64,000 nucleotides of DNA from assembly GCF_004010195.1 (NCBI RefSeq), contig NC_057712.1, positions 98,220,813 through 98,284,812 on the forward strand, in the 5' to 3' direction. This document shows, piece by piece, positions 39,780 through 52,235 of the stretch. Positions within the stretch are counted from its first letter, which is position 1. Every line of letters starts with the position of its first letter. This DNA is from Chiloscyllium plagiosum. Taxonomy: Eukaryota. The translations under genes were made by a program, and so were the position numbers. A model generated the notes under the pieces. That model was given only the letters and a program-made list of their open reading frames with translations, was not told the origin of the DNA and searched no databases.

Positions 39780-40740
39780 TAGAATCAGAGTAAACTATCA
39801 TCAAACTGAATTCATGTCATTTAGACAGAAACTTATGCAATCCATCGACCACTGGGTGCGCAGGTACAAATGAAAGGGCACAGGATGTGATTTTTCAGAT
39901 GGGGGAGCTAGTAAACAGAATTGTTAATCTGGTGATTGTACCTGTCCCTATGGAGGCATTTCCAAATAATTCCAAATAAGACCAATAGCATTGCAGAACT
40001 ACTGAAGGATGAACACAAATAAGATGCAGTCCTCACAAGTCAATGAGGTTTACGGGTCCTAAGTACAAATTCAACAAATGGCAAATCACTAGAGCACCCA
40101 AATATAGCAATGCATGTGTACACTCTGTACGGACCAAGAAAATCTCCAGCTTTCAATCAAGGATTTCTATGATCCCATGTGGCAGAAAAGGCCACGAGCA
40201 GAGGCAGTGCACTAGAGCAAAGGCTGATGCAGCAAAGAGCCATGCACCCCCAAGTAGACTGCTCACAAGGAATGTATTCAAGTCGTAACAAAGATCATTT
40301 GATATCCTGCCAGAGGCATATGCATGAAGTGATCAACAAATTAGAATCATACAATGTACCCAATGACACAAAAATAATGAACATATGTCTCACACTGCCA
40401 ACCTCATGAAAAACATTAAAGTTATCATTCCATCTAAAGAAATGATCTGATCTCAGAAAACTGAGGATTACTCATTGTTGGTGAAGATTGACAAAGGGGC
40501 AAGTGCTAATATAGTACCCCTGTGAATCATAAAAGGACATGTTCCCACTAACATGGGAAGACATGACCGAAACCCACAAATGTAAATCTTTCAGCATTCA
40601 TTGAGCAGGAACAAGTGCAGTCAGTCTGACTGGATGTCACGGATGACCTACATCACAAACACTGCAGGACCAACAACTGCAGGTATACCAGCTTGTCATG
40701 ACCTAACACGAGTCTCTATTCATTGAATCTGACAAAGATC
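39780..40740 (+). mobile_element. Degraded Ty3/Gypsy gag-protease relic
   Basis: Gag-like EFMSFRQK..QSIDHWV, partial knuckle CGRKGH...QC at 40178, protease-like VKIDKGASANIVP at 40481 (DTGA changed to DKGA). Confidence 0.75.
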
Positions 40741-40774
40741 AGAAACACAAATGAAACTGCAACCAATTATTTAA

Positions 40775-41500
40775 GAAAAACTTACAGAGCTAAATATGAA
40801 TGAAGAACAGAACACTTCACTTTCTTCTGAATTAGTGAAGCCAAAATCTTCGCACTCTATTGAGGTGTGAAAACTGAAGGTTCAAGAGGAAGAGAGTAAA
40901 GGACTAGTTCTGGATTTGAGACTATCATCTCTAGTGTGGTGAGGACTTTAAGGGATACTCTGGCTGAGCTCACAAAGGTGAATGAAGAGAAAGAAAGGAA
41001 ACAAAAAGGATCAACTCCAAGCTCCATATTGTCAATCAAGGCAAAGATCCATAGTTTGCAGGAATATGTGGAATAACACGCACATAAAACAGATTCGTTT
41101 TGGCAGGAGCAGATACAGAAATTGTTTTGAGCTCAAGACAATGCTGGATAAAATGCAGACCTGCAAAAACAGATGGAGAAACATAGTGCATAGGTCAGGA
41201 GCTGCAAGTCATTCATAAGACATGTTTGTTCAGAAATAAATGCTAGTGATGCTCCTCTAATGAAAGAACTCAAGTAGTGTACAGAGGAAACTAAAGAATT
41301 CCTGAAATGGAATTTCTTAAGGAGCAAAACAGTAAATTCCAAAAAGATCTGAACCACTAATATACAGCTTGAGGAACAGCCAGCAAATCTGGAACCAATC
41401 TTGGCCATATCGTATCAAGGTGTGAAAGTTCTGGAATGCCAATAGCTGAAAGAAAAACTTGACAATGTCTCCAAAGTCACTATCCAAGATCTGAATGTAC
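40775..41500 (+). pseudogene. Degraded coding relic of an E/K/Q/L-rich coiled-coil protein (parent not identified)
   Basis: Broken frames read RTLRDTLAELTKVNEEKERKQK, KIHSLQEYVE, ADLQKQMEKH, MEFLKEQNSKFQKDLN, LKEKLDNVSK, with many stops. Confidence 0.5.
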
Positions 41501-41969
41501 CTGTGCCTTTTAGCTACTTATCAGGTGTCTTGTGGTACAGTGGTAGTGTCCATGCTTCTGAATTTAGTAGGCCTGGGTTCAAGTCCCACCTAGTCCAGAG
41601 GTGTGTAATAGCATTTCTGAGCAGATTGATTAGAAAATAGTCAATTACTTTTTAGGATGACTTATTATTGTTAACATTAAGCTGTTTTTTGGAAAGGAAA
41701 GGGAGATTGCATGCCTACGCTGCTTTCAAGAGAGTTTACATTTAAGAGCTCCATGTGTATTGGGTACACAATACTGCAAGTTTGCCTGTCAGTTAGTTTG
41801 TTATAGGTTTGTAAGCTGCAAGAAATCAATTGGTTTGTTGTAATGTCTGCCTCATAGCTTGCAGTAAAATTCTTTGTTTTAAATAAACTAACCCACAAAG
41901 TTGAGAGGAGGTGATGGTCTGGTGGTTTTATGTGAACTTGGAGATAGTGAGGACTGCACATGCTTGAAA

Positions 41970-42160
41970 GTCAAAGTTGGTAAAGTGTGGAGCTGGAAAA
42001 AAACACAGCAAGTCAAGCAGCATCAGAGGAGCAGGAGAGTCGACAATTCAGGATGGGACCTTTAATCAGGACTCAAGTCCCGACCTGAAACATTGACTCT
42101 CCTATTCTTCTGATGTTGCTTGACTTGCTGTGCCTTTTCCAGCTCCACACTTTATCGACT
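41970..42160. mobile_element. Fold-back PLE-derived element with a degenerate hammerhead (42037-42074, minus)
   Basis: Inverted arms AAAGTGTGGAGCTGGAAAA../..TTTTCCAGCTCCACACTTT; stem I GAGUC/GACUC. Confidence 0.75.
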
Positions 42161-43639
42161 CCAGTGGTTTTATGACTAGGCTAATAATCCAGAGATCCAG
42201 CTAATGTTCAGGTCATGGCAGAATACAATAAATAAAATCAGGATTAAGAGTATATGATGACCGTGAAGCCATTGTTGATGGTCAGGAAAACTCCTTCTGG
42301 TTCATTAACGTCCTTTGGGGAAGGGGACTGCTGTCCTTACCTGGTCTGGCCTACATGTGACTCCAGACCCATGTAATGTAGTAGACTCTTAAATGCCCTC
42401 TGGGCAATTAGGCATGGGCAATAAATGCTGCAAGCTAACTGGCAGCATTCACATCCCATTAATGAAAAAATAAATTGCTGATAATTATTAGACTATTATC
42501 AATAACATGACATAACTGTACAAACCAGTAGAGGAGATCATCACAGAATCACAGGATTGTTATGGCACAGAAGAAGGCTATTTGATCCATCATGCCTGCA
42601 CTGGCTCTTCAGACTAACATTATTACCTAGTGCCAATCCTCTGCTTTTTCCCTACAACCTTACGCAATATTTCTACCCAACTAATTATCCAATGTCTTCT
42701 TGAATGCCTCAATTGAATCTGCCTCCACTACATTTCCAGACAGTGCATTCCATACCACATCTACTGGCTTACAGAGAAAGTTTTTCCTCATATCACCCTT
42801 GCTGCTTTTGCAGATCTTGGTAAATCTGTACCCTCCCATTCTTGTTCCTTTCATAAGCGGTCATCCTTATTTTTTTTCTTTCCAAGGTTAATCCCCAAAT
42901 TAGGCACTGACCCTCTGTACTTTAAATCCTGCATGGGACGATCAATTGGAAACATTCCATCCTGGAGAATGATCCAGTCAGAATGAGCTTCAATGAAATT
43001 ATGCCATTGTGTTCATTGACACCTTGTTAAATTTGAGGGAGCAAGCACAGGAGAGCTGTATACCAAGTCATTGGATGGATCAGCTGTTGTAACATCTGAT
43101 CCTGCCGTCAACAATATTTGTTAAAGCAAATTTGAACCACACCCTGTGAAACTGGCAACAGCTGTTCTCAGACAGTACTGCAGTTTCAGTGCGGTTTCCA
43201 GCTGAAGTCGATGATCACTATATGGCTATACCACCAGATGTGTGCAGAGTTACCTCCCAAGCCTCATCTTTGTGCTTGGGCAACTAATCTGCACTGTGAC
43301 CATTAGCTGCAGGTTAGACTTTCTGTTCAGCTGTTGATCACTCCCTGGAATTGTGCTGCAATATTTCCACTGGCAAGTGCCAGTTGTTCGTATTTTGTTT
43401 ACTGCATCCTGGCTGAGCTTCGTGCATTGGCTTTCTTCGAACTTGTTGCAAAACTCTGCTTTTCTGAACCTCTCCTTGCTTAAATACACTGCTTGACAAA
43501 TTAAAGTCAGCTACCCCTTTTGTTAGCACGTGTTTGCTTATCACTGATTTTGAGACTCTATCCCTTCATTTGGTATTCAAAATAGAGCAGAAAAGCTGAA
43601 AGGTGGATAATGTTGATCCAATTGTCAAGGACATGCTCA

Positions 43640-45560
43640 AAACGTCATATATATTTACACTACAGGCCGAGGCCATATGGCCCTTTGTGCCCAAGCTGGT
43701 TAATAAGTGTCTGACTACACTCATCCTACTTACCAGTTCTTGGCCCATAGCCCTAGAGATGATAACAAAGAAAATGAATATTTAAAAACTGCTTAGATTT
43801 TCTGTCGATCAAGTGGTGGTGAGTTCCAGACTCCCACCAGCCAAGTGCATAAAAATGATTCCCCTTATATTCCCTTCTGGCATTCCAACACTTACCTTAA
43901 ATCTATGCCACCACCCCACCTCCACCTGCACTCCACCCACCCACCCACCTTATTAATCTCTATTCTAATGGAAACAATGCCTTCCTATTCATTCTATCTA
44001 TCCCCATCAAAATCTCACACTGCACAAACAGGTCCCTTCTTAGCCTTTGCTGCTCCAAACAAGGGAATCCCATCCGATCCAGTTCCTCCTAGCTCAGACC
44101 CTCCAACCCAGGCAGCATCCTAGTGAATCTTCTCTGCACCCTCTCTGGTACAAACACAACCTTCCTATATTGTGGTGACCAGAACTGCACACATTACTCC
44201 AGCAATGGTCTAACTAGCATTTTATACAGTTCCAATGTAACCTCCCTGCTCTTGTATTTTAAGCCTCAGCTAATAAAATCTTAACCACCTTATCTACCTG
44301 CCCTTCTCCCTCAGGAATTTGTGAATAACACACCAAGGTCCCTTTGATCTTCAATACTTCAAATCTTCAATATCGGTGGCACTGTGGCTCAGTGGTGCCT
44401 CACAGTGTCAGGGACCTGGGTTCGACTCCCACCTTGGGTGACTGACTGTGTGGAGTTTGCACATTCTCCCCTTGTCTGTGTGGATTTCCTCCGGGTGCTC
44501 TGGTTTCCTTCCACAGTCCAAAAATGTGCAGGTGAGGTGGATTGGCCAGGCTAAATTGCTGATAGTCAGGGGTAAATAAATATAGGGTAGGGGAATGGGT
44601 CTGGGTGGGTTACTCTTCGGAGGGTCAGTGTGGACTTGTTGGGCCGAAGGGCCTGATTCTATCCAGTAGGGAATCTATCTAATCATGTTTTCCATGGTCC
44701 TACCATTCATTATGTAGTCCTTGCCTTGTTAGCCATCCCAAATGCACTACCTCATGCTTTTTTGGTTGAATTCCATTTGCCCTGCTCTGCCCACTTGACT
44801 GCACTGTTTGTATTCTCCTGCAGTTTATGGATATCTTCTTCAGTGTTACCACCCATACCAATTCTCATGTTAATTGCAAACTTGCTGATCACAACCCTTA
44901 CATTTAAGTCCAAAAGATTAATCATCCACTGCTTTATGCCTCTTAGACAATTTTGAGTCCAACATGTCACTTTGCATTAAATCCCACGGGCTTTTATGTT
45001 CTTGACCAAACTTTTATGAGAGATCTTAGCACTGCTCTGACACAGTTTTTCCTGCTCCCAGTCCACTTGGGCCAAATTGTATCTATCCTTATTAACATTT
45101 GCCTTTTCCCAGTTTAAAACTTTTATTCCTGGCTCACCTTCATCCTTTTCCATTACTATCCTAAATCTAACTAGTTTACCATCATGATCTCCAAAATTCT
45201 CACCGACTGATAACCCTTTTCCCTCTCCAGCTCATTTCCTATTATTTTGTCCAGAACCACTCCTTCATTAACTGGGACTTCCTACGTATTGGGGAAACAA
45301 AGTTGTTCTTGATGTAATTTAAGAATTTTGGTTCCTCTTTATTTGTATAACGAAAGTAATCCATATCTGGGTCATTAAAACTGACTTTATTACTGCCTTA
45401 ATATGATTCATTTCTCCATAATTTGATTATATTTTTCATCTTCTCTTTCTCTCTGTCTCTTTCTCCCTCTCTGAGTATTGCTTGCTCCTTTTGTGTTTTA
45501 CATGTACCCATATGGCCTCATTTGATGATTCTTCTAAGACATTACCCCTCCTCATTGTTA
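43640..45560 (-). mobile_element. Decayed CR1 fragments with an HE1 SINE (44374-44683, plus) inserted
   Basis: CR1 remnants such as VISKFAIN..IG and WAEQ; recognisable SINE head and tail. Confidence 0.75.
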
Positions 45561-46377
45561 TAATTCATTTCTTGATCAATATTGTGACCACCTCTCTGCC
45601 CACCCTGACTCTCAATGTTTTCCAAGGCTGAAAAATTCCTTGTAAGTAAGATGCACTTGGGGATTCTCTCACTACCTGCTTGATCCTCTCCCTCTGACTG
45701 ACGGGAACCCAATCTCTCTTTGGACCTCCTTAAGCTGCATGGTGTCAAAATCTTGCTGTCCTCAAACCTTTCAGCCTCACGAATGCACTATAGTGTCCTT
45801 GGCTGCTGCTGTACTCCAGAAGCCAAAGTCTTTGTTGCTCCAGCCAGAGGCACCTGTACACAGGGTCATTCAGCCTGCTGGGAGCATTCAGGATAGTGCA
45901 CAGTGTACAATGTGCATATCACAGATCTGAGCACCCTAGCTAACCTTAACTAAAGAGAAGATAGATTATTCCTTGTACTTAACCATTACTCCTACTTAAG
46001 TATAGACTAGAAAAGTACTTTCTTTATTGTTGCTGCTACTAACTCTCAAATAACTCACCCACTTCTCTGGCGATCTCTCCTCTCATTATTCTTTTTAACC
46101 TCACTGCCACCACTCTCGAGTCCCACACGCTGGTCTTTTTCTGGGACTTTTCTGCTCACGCTGCACTTTTGGCCTCCCTACTGCCACTTCCAAGTCACAC
46201 ACAGCTTCTCCTCTAGTCTGTTTGCTTCTGGGACTCCTCCACTCTCACTAAAATAACCGGAAGAACTGTGGATGCTGTAAATTAGAAAAACAAATAGAAA
46301 CTGTTGAGGAAGTTCAACAGGTCTGTCAGCCGAGCATCGGGACCTTGCAATCTTGCCGGATAATCCAATAATCAAAT

Positions 46378-46850
46378 AGAGTCATAGTCATAGAGATGTA
46401 CAGCATGGAAACAGACCCTTCAGTCCAACTCATTCATACCGACCGGATATCCCAACCCAATCTATTCCCACCCGGCCCATATCCCTCCAAACCCTCCCTA
46501 TTCATATACCCATCCAAATGCCTTTTAAATGTTGTAATTGTACCAGCCTCCACCACTTTCTCTAGCAGCCCATTCCACACACGCACCACCCCTTAGGTCT
46601 CTTTTTTTATCTTTCTCCTCTCATCCTAAACCTATGCCTTCAGAATACTCAATACTCTGACCAACAAAGGAAAGCCTACCAGACGCCTTCTTCACTATAT
46701 TCTATCTACTGGCAACTCCACTTCCAAGGAGCTATGAACCTGCACTCCAAGGGCTCTTTGTTCAGCAACACTCCCTAGGACATTAGCATTAAGTGTATAA
46801 GTCCTGCTAAGATTTGCTTTCCCAAAATGCAGCACCTCGCATTTATCTGA
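46378..46850 (-). mobile_element. CR1 3' end with internal deletions
   Basis: CATAGAGATGTACAGCATGGAAACAGACCC tail. Confidence 0.85.
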
Positions 46851-46884
46851 ATGAATGCTAGATAATTGAGGTTCCTTTGTAAAT

Positions 46885-47545
46885 GGTAGGGGGGGTGGGG
46901 AGGGTAAGGAATAAACAATAGGTATGGATAGAGTCCAAAGGGAGAGAAAAGAACAGTTAGACAGAGATTGGATAACGATCTGGCTAGGAGGGTGAATAGC
47001 TGTTAATGGAGACTGTTAGTGGCTAACAATGGGTTGTGTGTTTTGAAGGAGCTCGTGTTGGACTAGGTTAGACAAAGTTAAAAATCACACAACACCAGGT
47101 TATAGTCCTGGAAGAAGTAGTGCTTTGAAAGATAGTGCTTCCAAGTAAATCTGTTGGTCTATAAACTGGTGTTGTGTGATTTTTAACAATGAGTTGTGTG
47201 TAATTGCAGACAATGTGAAAACAAGGCCTGGTGTGGGGTTTGGCGTAAGGACATGGGAGATCTCGAGCCCTAAAGTTAGTGAACTTGACATTGAGTCCAG
47301 AGGGCTGCAGGGTCCCTGAGTGGAAAATGAGATGCTGTTCTTCCAGCTTGTGCTGAGGTTTGCTGGAGCACTGCAGCAAGCCTGAGACAGAGATGTTGGC
47401 CAGGGAACAAGGTCCTGTGTTGAAGTGGCAGGTAACCAGGAAATCAGGTTTTTTTTTGTGGGCAGAGCACAAGTACTCTGCAAAACAGTCACCCAGTCTA
47501 TGCCTCATTTCTTCAATGTCAAGGAAACCACATTACGAGCAGCAC
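46885..47545 (-). mobile_element. PLE GIY-YIG 3' fragment containing a nested fold-back element (47041-47183)
   Basis: RHRLGDCFAEYL..VTCHFN..SVSGLLQCSS..KLEEQHLIFH.GTLQPSGLNV; 17-bp TSD TAACAATG(G/A)GTTGTGTG at 47024-47040 and 47184-47200. Confidence 0.85.
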
Positions 47546-48044
47546 TCCACTCTCACTGTTACCGTTTGGTGAGTCCCACACAGCTTTGTTGCTGATTTAG
47601 CTGCTTCTCCAACTGGATAAGATGATAGTTGCTTGATAGCTTTGAGTTTTATCCACAACTTGTGTGAGGCTCCCTTCCTGAGGTGCCAAAACAATTCTCT
47701 GGTCTTATTGATGCAGCTGGTTCCCTCTTGACAGAACTTGGCATTGGTGGCACTGCCCCTGTTTGTTCATTAACCCGATTAAATGGGATTCCTTTAATAG
47801 TGAAAACAAAACATTAATTTCATTGTCAAAATTACAAATTTCTCTCAAGGTAGGCTACAAATTTAGGGAACAGACAGTATAAATGGAGGAATGGAAGGAG
47901 ATGGAGGAAAGAATTAAGTAGAATTGAATAGGTATTACAAGCATTTATTTTAAAAAAGCTATTGTTGATGCCAAAATGTCAATAGCTATTATCTGGGAAC
48001 TTTATTGCCCAGGATATTCACGCCAGTTCCAATGTAACCCAGCA

Positions 48045-48697
48045 CATGAATAGGAACTTGTCTTTGGGATTATGGCCAGCATACCTATTCCCAAGGTGGT
48101 GCAACAACTCATTAGTGCACTACCACTGCTTGCCAAAACTCTACAAATTCCCTTCTGGATTGCTTGCAACAAGCATCTGAGTCCGTCATTGCTGGAAGTT
48201 CCCAGACAATCAGAGAGGTTGGTCAATTAATGACTGCTCAGTATCTCATTAATTAACATAGATGCAGATTCAGAAATGGAAGATGTTATATCTTTTCCGG
48301 CTTGAAATACTTGACAATGTTATGAAGAGAGTAATCATAGAAATGTTGAGGTACGTTATATAGGCCCTCTCATTTATCCATTGTTGATGTTATTTTATTA
48401 ACATTTCTCTCGCTCTTTCACAGATACAGTTAAAAATCACACAACACCAGGTTATAGTCCAACAGGCTTATTTGGAAGCACTCATGAATAGGAACTTGTC
48501 TTTGGGATTATGGCCAGCATACCTATTCCCAAGGTGGTGCAACAACTCATTAGTGCACTACCACTGCTTGCCAAAACTCTACAAATTCCCTTCTGGATTG
48601 CTTGCAACAAGCATCTGAGTCCGTCATTGCTGGAAGTTCCCAGACAATCAGAGAGGTTGGTCAATTAATGACTGCTCAGCATCTCATTAATTAACAT
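48045..48697. repeat. Complex local duplication A-B'-A
   Basis: 48045-48259 matches 48483-48697; intervening 48259-48482 matches 49695-49914. Confidence 0.95.
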
Positions 48698-48794
48698 TGT
48701 ACAAAAGAAAACAAAATAGCTAAGATTTGGGATTGCTGTGCCTGTTTTCAGGTTGCTATGTATGTCTTTTGAGCTTCAAAATGGGTGTACACGT

Positions 48795-49040
48795 AAACAG
48801 AACTGCAAATGCTGGCAATCAGAAACGTAAGTAAAAACAGGAACTGCTGGAAAAGCTCAGCAGATCTGGCAGCATCTGGGGAGAGAAAACAGTGTTAAAG
48901 TTTCAGGTCCAGTGATCCTTCTTCAGAGGAAGACAGTAGTCTGATGAAGGGTAACTGCACCTGAAACGTTAACTCTACTTTGTATCCTCAGATGCTGCCA
49001 GACCTGCTGATCTTCTCCAGCAATTCTTAATTCTGTTTAA
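48795..49040. mobile_element. Fold-back PLE-derived element with hammerhead-like cores on both arms
   Basis: Plus strand CUGAUGA..GAAACGUU at 48941-48970; inverted copy at ~48895-48926. Confidence 0.75.
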
Positions 49041-49250
49041 GAATTTCATCACCAGTGCTATTTAGTGGAATCATCACCTCCCTACAGATTTTCTGATGGC
49101 TGATTTCTTCTGTCTCCAGCTTTGATTTTACAAATATTTTGGTTCTTTCTATAGTGGTTTAAAGTTGTGAAGATCTACAGGGAACAGCATAGAGTTTTTA
49201 TCAAACATAAGGCTTCTGCATAGAGCCATAATCTATGAGTCAATGGTTTA

Positions 49251-49568
49251 TCAATAAATGTTCCTCATGGGATGTGGCATGTCTGGAAAAATAAATGAAA
49301 GTGACACAGAGTAGGACAGGCTTCTGGAAGTGGCAGAGGAGGAGGGTGTTAGTGAAGGAAGATCTTGCATATATTCTTCCACAGTATCCAAGGTGCAATT
49401 CTCCCTGAAAGCAGCACTTGAGATATCTACCCTTCCGTAAAGAGTCCTCCGTGTGCCTGCTGCAGCCACAAGTGCAACTTCAGAACTAGGCAAAGACTGC
49501 ATTGCCAGTGGCTGTGAATATGACCATGCTGAAGAATCTTTAGGGGTCTGGTTCCTTTCAGGCTGGAG
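49251..49568 (-). CDS. Candidate terminal coding exon, 105 aa, Ser-rich, unassigned
   Basis: ATATTCCTAG| acceptor, then an open frame LQPERNQTPKDSSAWSYSQPLAMQSL...MRNIY* in non-repeat DNA. Confidence 0.25.
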   Translation of the reverse strand, partial: LQPERNQTPKDSSAWSYSQPLAMQSLPSSEVALVAAAGTRRTLYGRVDISSAAFRENCTLDTVEEYMQDLPSLTPSSSATSRSLSYSVSLSFIFPDMPHPMRNIY

Positions 49569-49860
49569 CTAGGAATATTTGTGTCACACTAGTTATCTTA
49601 TCAGTTTATGTACATCCATCAAAACTCAAGATTAGGTAATATAAATTCTTCCTCTCGCAGGCACCACTGTTGTTCACCAAGTACATGGATGATTTAGATG
49701 CAGATTCAGAAATGGAAGATGTTATATCTTTTCCGGCTTGAAATACTAATGTTATGAAGAGAGTAATCATAGAAATGTTGAGGTACGTCATATAGGCCCT
49801 CTCATTTATCCATTGTTGATGTTATTTTATTAACATTTCTCTCGCTCTTTCGCAGATACA

Positions 49861-50051
49861 GTTAAAAATCACACAGCACCAGGTTATAGTCCAACAGGCT
49901 TATTTGGAAGCACTAGCCTTTGAACCACTGGATGAAGGAGCAGCACTCTGAAAGCTAGTGCTTCTGAATAAACCTGTTGGACTATAACACGGTGTTGTGT
50001 GATTTTTAACATTGTCCAGCCCAGTCCAACACCGGCTCCTCCAAACCATGA
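49861..50051. mobile_element. Fold-back PLE-derived element (same family as the 7661 terminal repeat)
   Basis: Arms GTTAAAAATCACAC../..GTGTGATTTTTAAC; 14-bp TSD CTTTC(G/A)CAGATACA at 49847-49860 and 50052-50065. Confidence 0.85.
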
Positions 50052-50334
50052 CTTTCACAGATACACGGGAAAACCTCAGTGGAAATCTGTCAGTTACAGA
50101 TTTGAGCATTTTATTTACTATACATGGAATATTAAATGACTTGAACAAATATGGATGTGCATCTAATTCTCCAGCAAATTCTGAGAGCAATACACAAGTT
50201 TTCATTTTGTAATTTTTAACAGTGGAGTGCTCTCCAATTATGGAATAAGTTCAATAGCTTCCAAAAACATTCAGCTAGAAAGCAGACCATCAGAAATTAT
50301 GATGTGCCATTAATCTGTACCTGTCGATTGCTAT

Positions 50335-50544
50335 TGCTGGAAATGTGTTGCTGGAAAAGCGCAGCAGGTCAGGCAGCATCCAAGGAGCAGGAGAATCGAC
50401 GTTTTGGGCATGAGCCCTTCTTCAGGAAAGGGCTCATGCCCGAAACGTCGATTCTCCTGCACTTTGGATGCTGCCTGATCTGTTGCGCTTTTCCAGCAAC
50501 ACATTTTCAGTTCTGATCTCCAGCATCTGCAGTCCTCACTTTCT
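50335..50544. mobile_element. Fold-back PLE-derived element
   Basis: ~80-bp inverted arms meeting at the hammerhead core; 15-bp TSD CCTGTCGATT(G/A)CTAT at 50320-50334 and 50545-50559. Confidence 0.88.
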
Positions 50545-51236
50545 CCTGTCGATTACTATGTCAACTTTGGGCTGTCTGATGATTTGAATTACTTCTGTAA
50601 CTGACCAGTGCTAATTGCACTCTTGACTGACTGGATGCATCAGAAGTGGACAAATATAGTGAGCTGCCAGGGAAGAGGACAGGGATAATGCAGGTGCCAT
50701 GTGGGTGAAGGGCAAGGATAATAACTCTGCTGCACAGGATACAGATAAATTATTTCTTAGGGATGTTTAGAGGAGAATACTGGTAAATGTCTGAGATAAT
50801 GCTTGGCTCATTGGCAGGCACTCTGGAAATGTTTGCATCCACTGTCAAGGGTCAGAGAGAATATCAAAACCAACTTTGCATGTGGTTTTTCGCAATGCTT
50901 AGAGCTCATCCTTTCCAGCAGGCCCATTTATGCACTCAGCCCCAATACAGGGGTTGATGGTGGATGTTGTAATTTCCATTTCAACACAAATGGCAGCTAT
51001 CTAATTGTTGAGTTTTCTCCTTCGCATTGGAATGATTTATTTTAATTCCTAAACCTGTTAACTTTGTGGTGTGCTGAGCTCAGTTGCCAGTCTAGTGCTA
51101 GTTTGTGGCATATTCACATACACACTTAGGTCTAAGGCATGGTTAAATTCAAGTTTTAAAGCACTTTCTAAATTGGTTTAAATCTTCGGTGCCAGAAATT
51201 AAATGAGAATATCTGAAGTTACTGTTCAACACCTTT

Positions 51237-52235
51237 ATGGAGTGAGCTGCCAGAGGAAGTGGTGGAGGCTGGTACAATTGCAACATTTAAGAAGCATTTG
51301 GATGGGTATATGAATAGGAAGGGTTTGGAGGGATATGGGCTGGGTGCTGGCAGGTGGGACTAGATTGGGGTGGGATATCTGGTCGGCATGGACGGGTTGG
51401 ACTGAAGGGTCTGTTTCCATGCTGTACATCTCTATGACTCTATGACCTTTGAAAAATATGGTTTCTGATCAGTGTATGCAGACAATATCAAAAGGGAACT
51501 CAATGAGGACATGAAAATGGAATAAATCTGAGTTCTCTGAAAGAGTGGGGAAATGGAATTAATTGCATATTAATTTTAGAGTCATCGACAATGATTGGTT
51601 TAATGGCCAAGGTCTTTCTCCTGGGGTAGAGCAGTCCGAAACTAGACAGCATAGGCTTATAGAGTCATAGAGTCATAGAGATTACAGCATAGAAATAGAC
51701 CCTTCAGTCCAACCTGTCCATGCCAACCAGTTATCCCAACCCAATCTAGTCCTATCTGCCAGCACCCAGCCCATATCCCTCCAAACCCTTCCTATTCATA
51801 TACCCATCCAAATGCCTCTTAAATGGTGCAATTGTACCAGCCTCCACCACTTCCTCTGGCAGCTCATTCCATACACGTACCACCCTCTGCGTGAAAAAGT
51901 TGCCCCTTAGGTCTCTTTTATATCTCTCCCCTCTCACCCTAAACCTATGCCCTCTAGTTCTGGAGAGGGGAAAGATTTAAAAGGGACGTGAGGGGCAGCT
52001 TTTCCGTACAGATGATGGTGCATGTATGAAATGAGCTGCCAGCGCAAGTGGTGGAGGCTGGTGCAATTATAACATTTAAAAGGCATCTGGATGGATATAT
52101 GAATAGGAAGGGTTTAGAAAGATTTAGGCCAAATGCTGGCAAATGGGACTAGATTAATTTCAGATATCTAGTCGGCATGGACAAGTTGGACCGAAGGGTC
52201 TGTTTCCAGCTATACATCTCTAAGACTTTATGACA
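51237..52235. mobile_element. Cluster of CR1 3' tails (51237-51446 plus; 51660-51962 minus nested in a plus copy 51615-52235)
   Basis: Repeated WNELPEEVVEAGTI..FKRHLDGYMNRKG motifs in both orientations. Confidence 0.88.

Noticed and set aside
49251-49568. IL2RG-like cytoplasmic tail (SAWS..L..SL)
   Set aside because: Too few matching residues, and no transmembrane, Box1 or WSXWS exon was found upstream
49661-49720. APLLFTKYMDDL as the SLC4 APPQLFTELDEL exon
   Set aside because: Aligns better to CR1 RT PLLF.IYINDLD...SKFADDT and lacks the WKETAR motif
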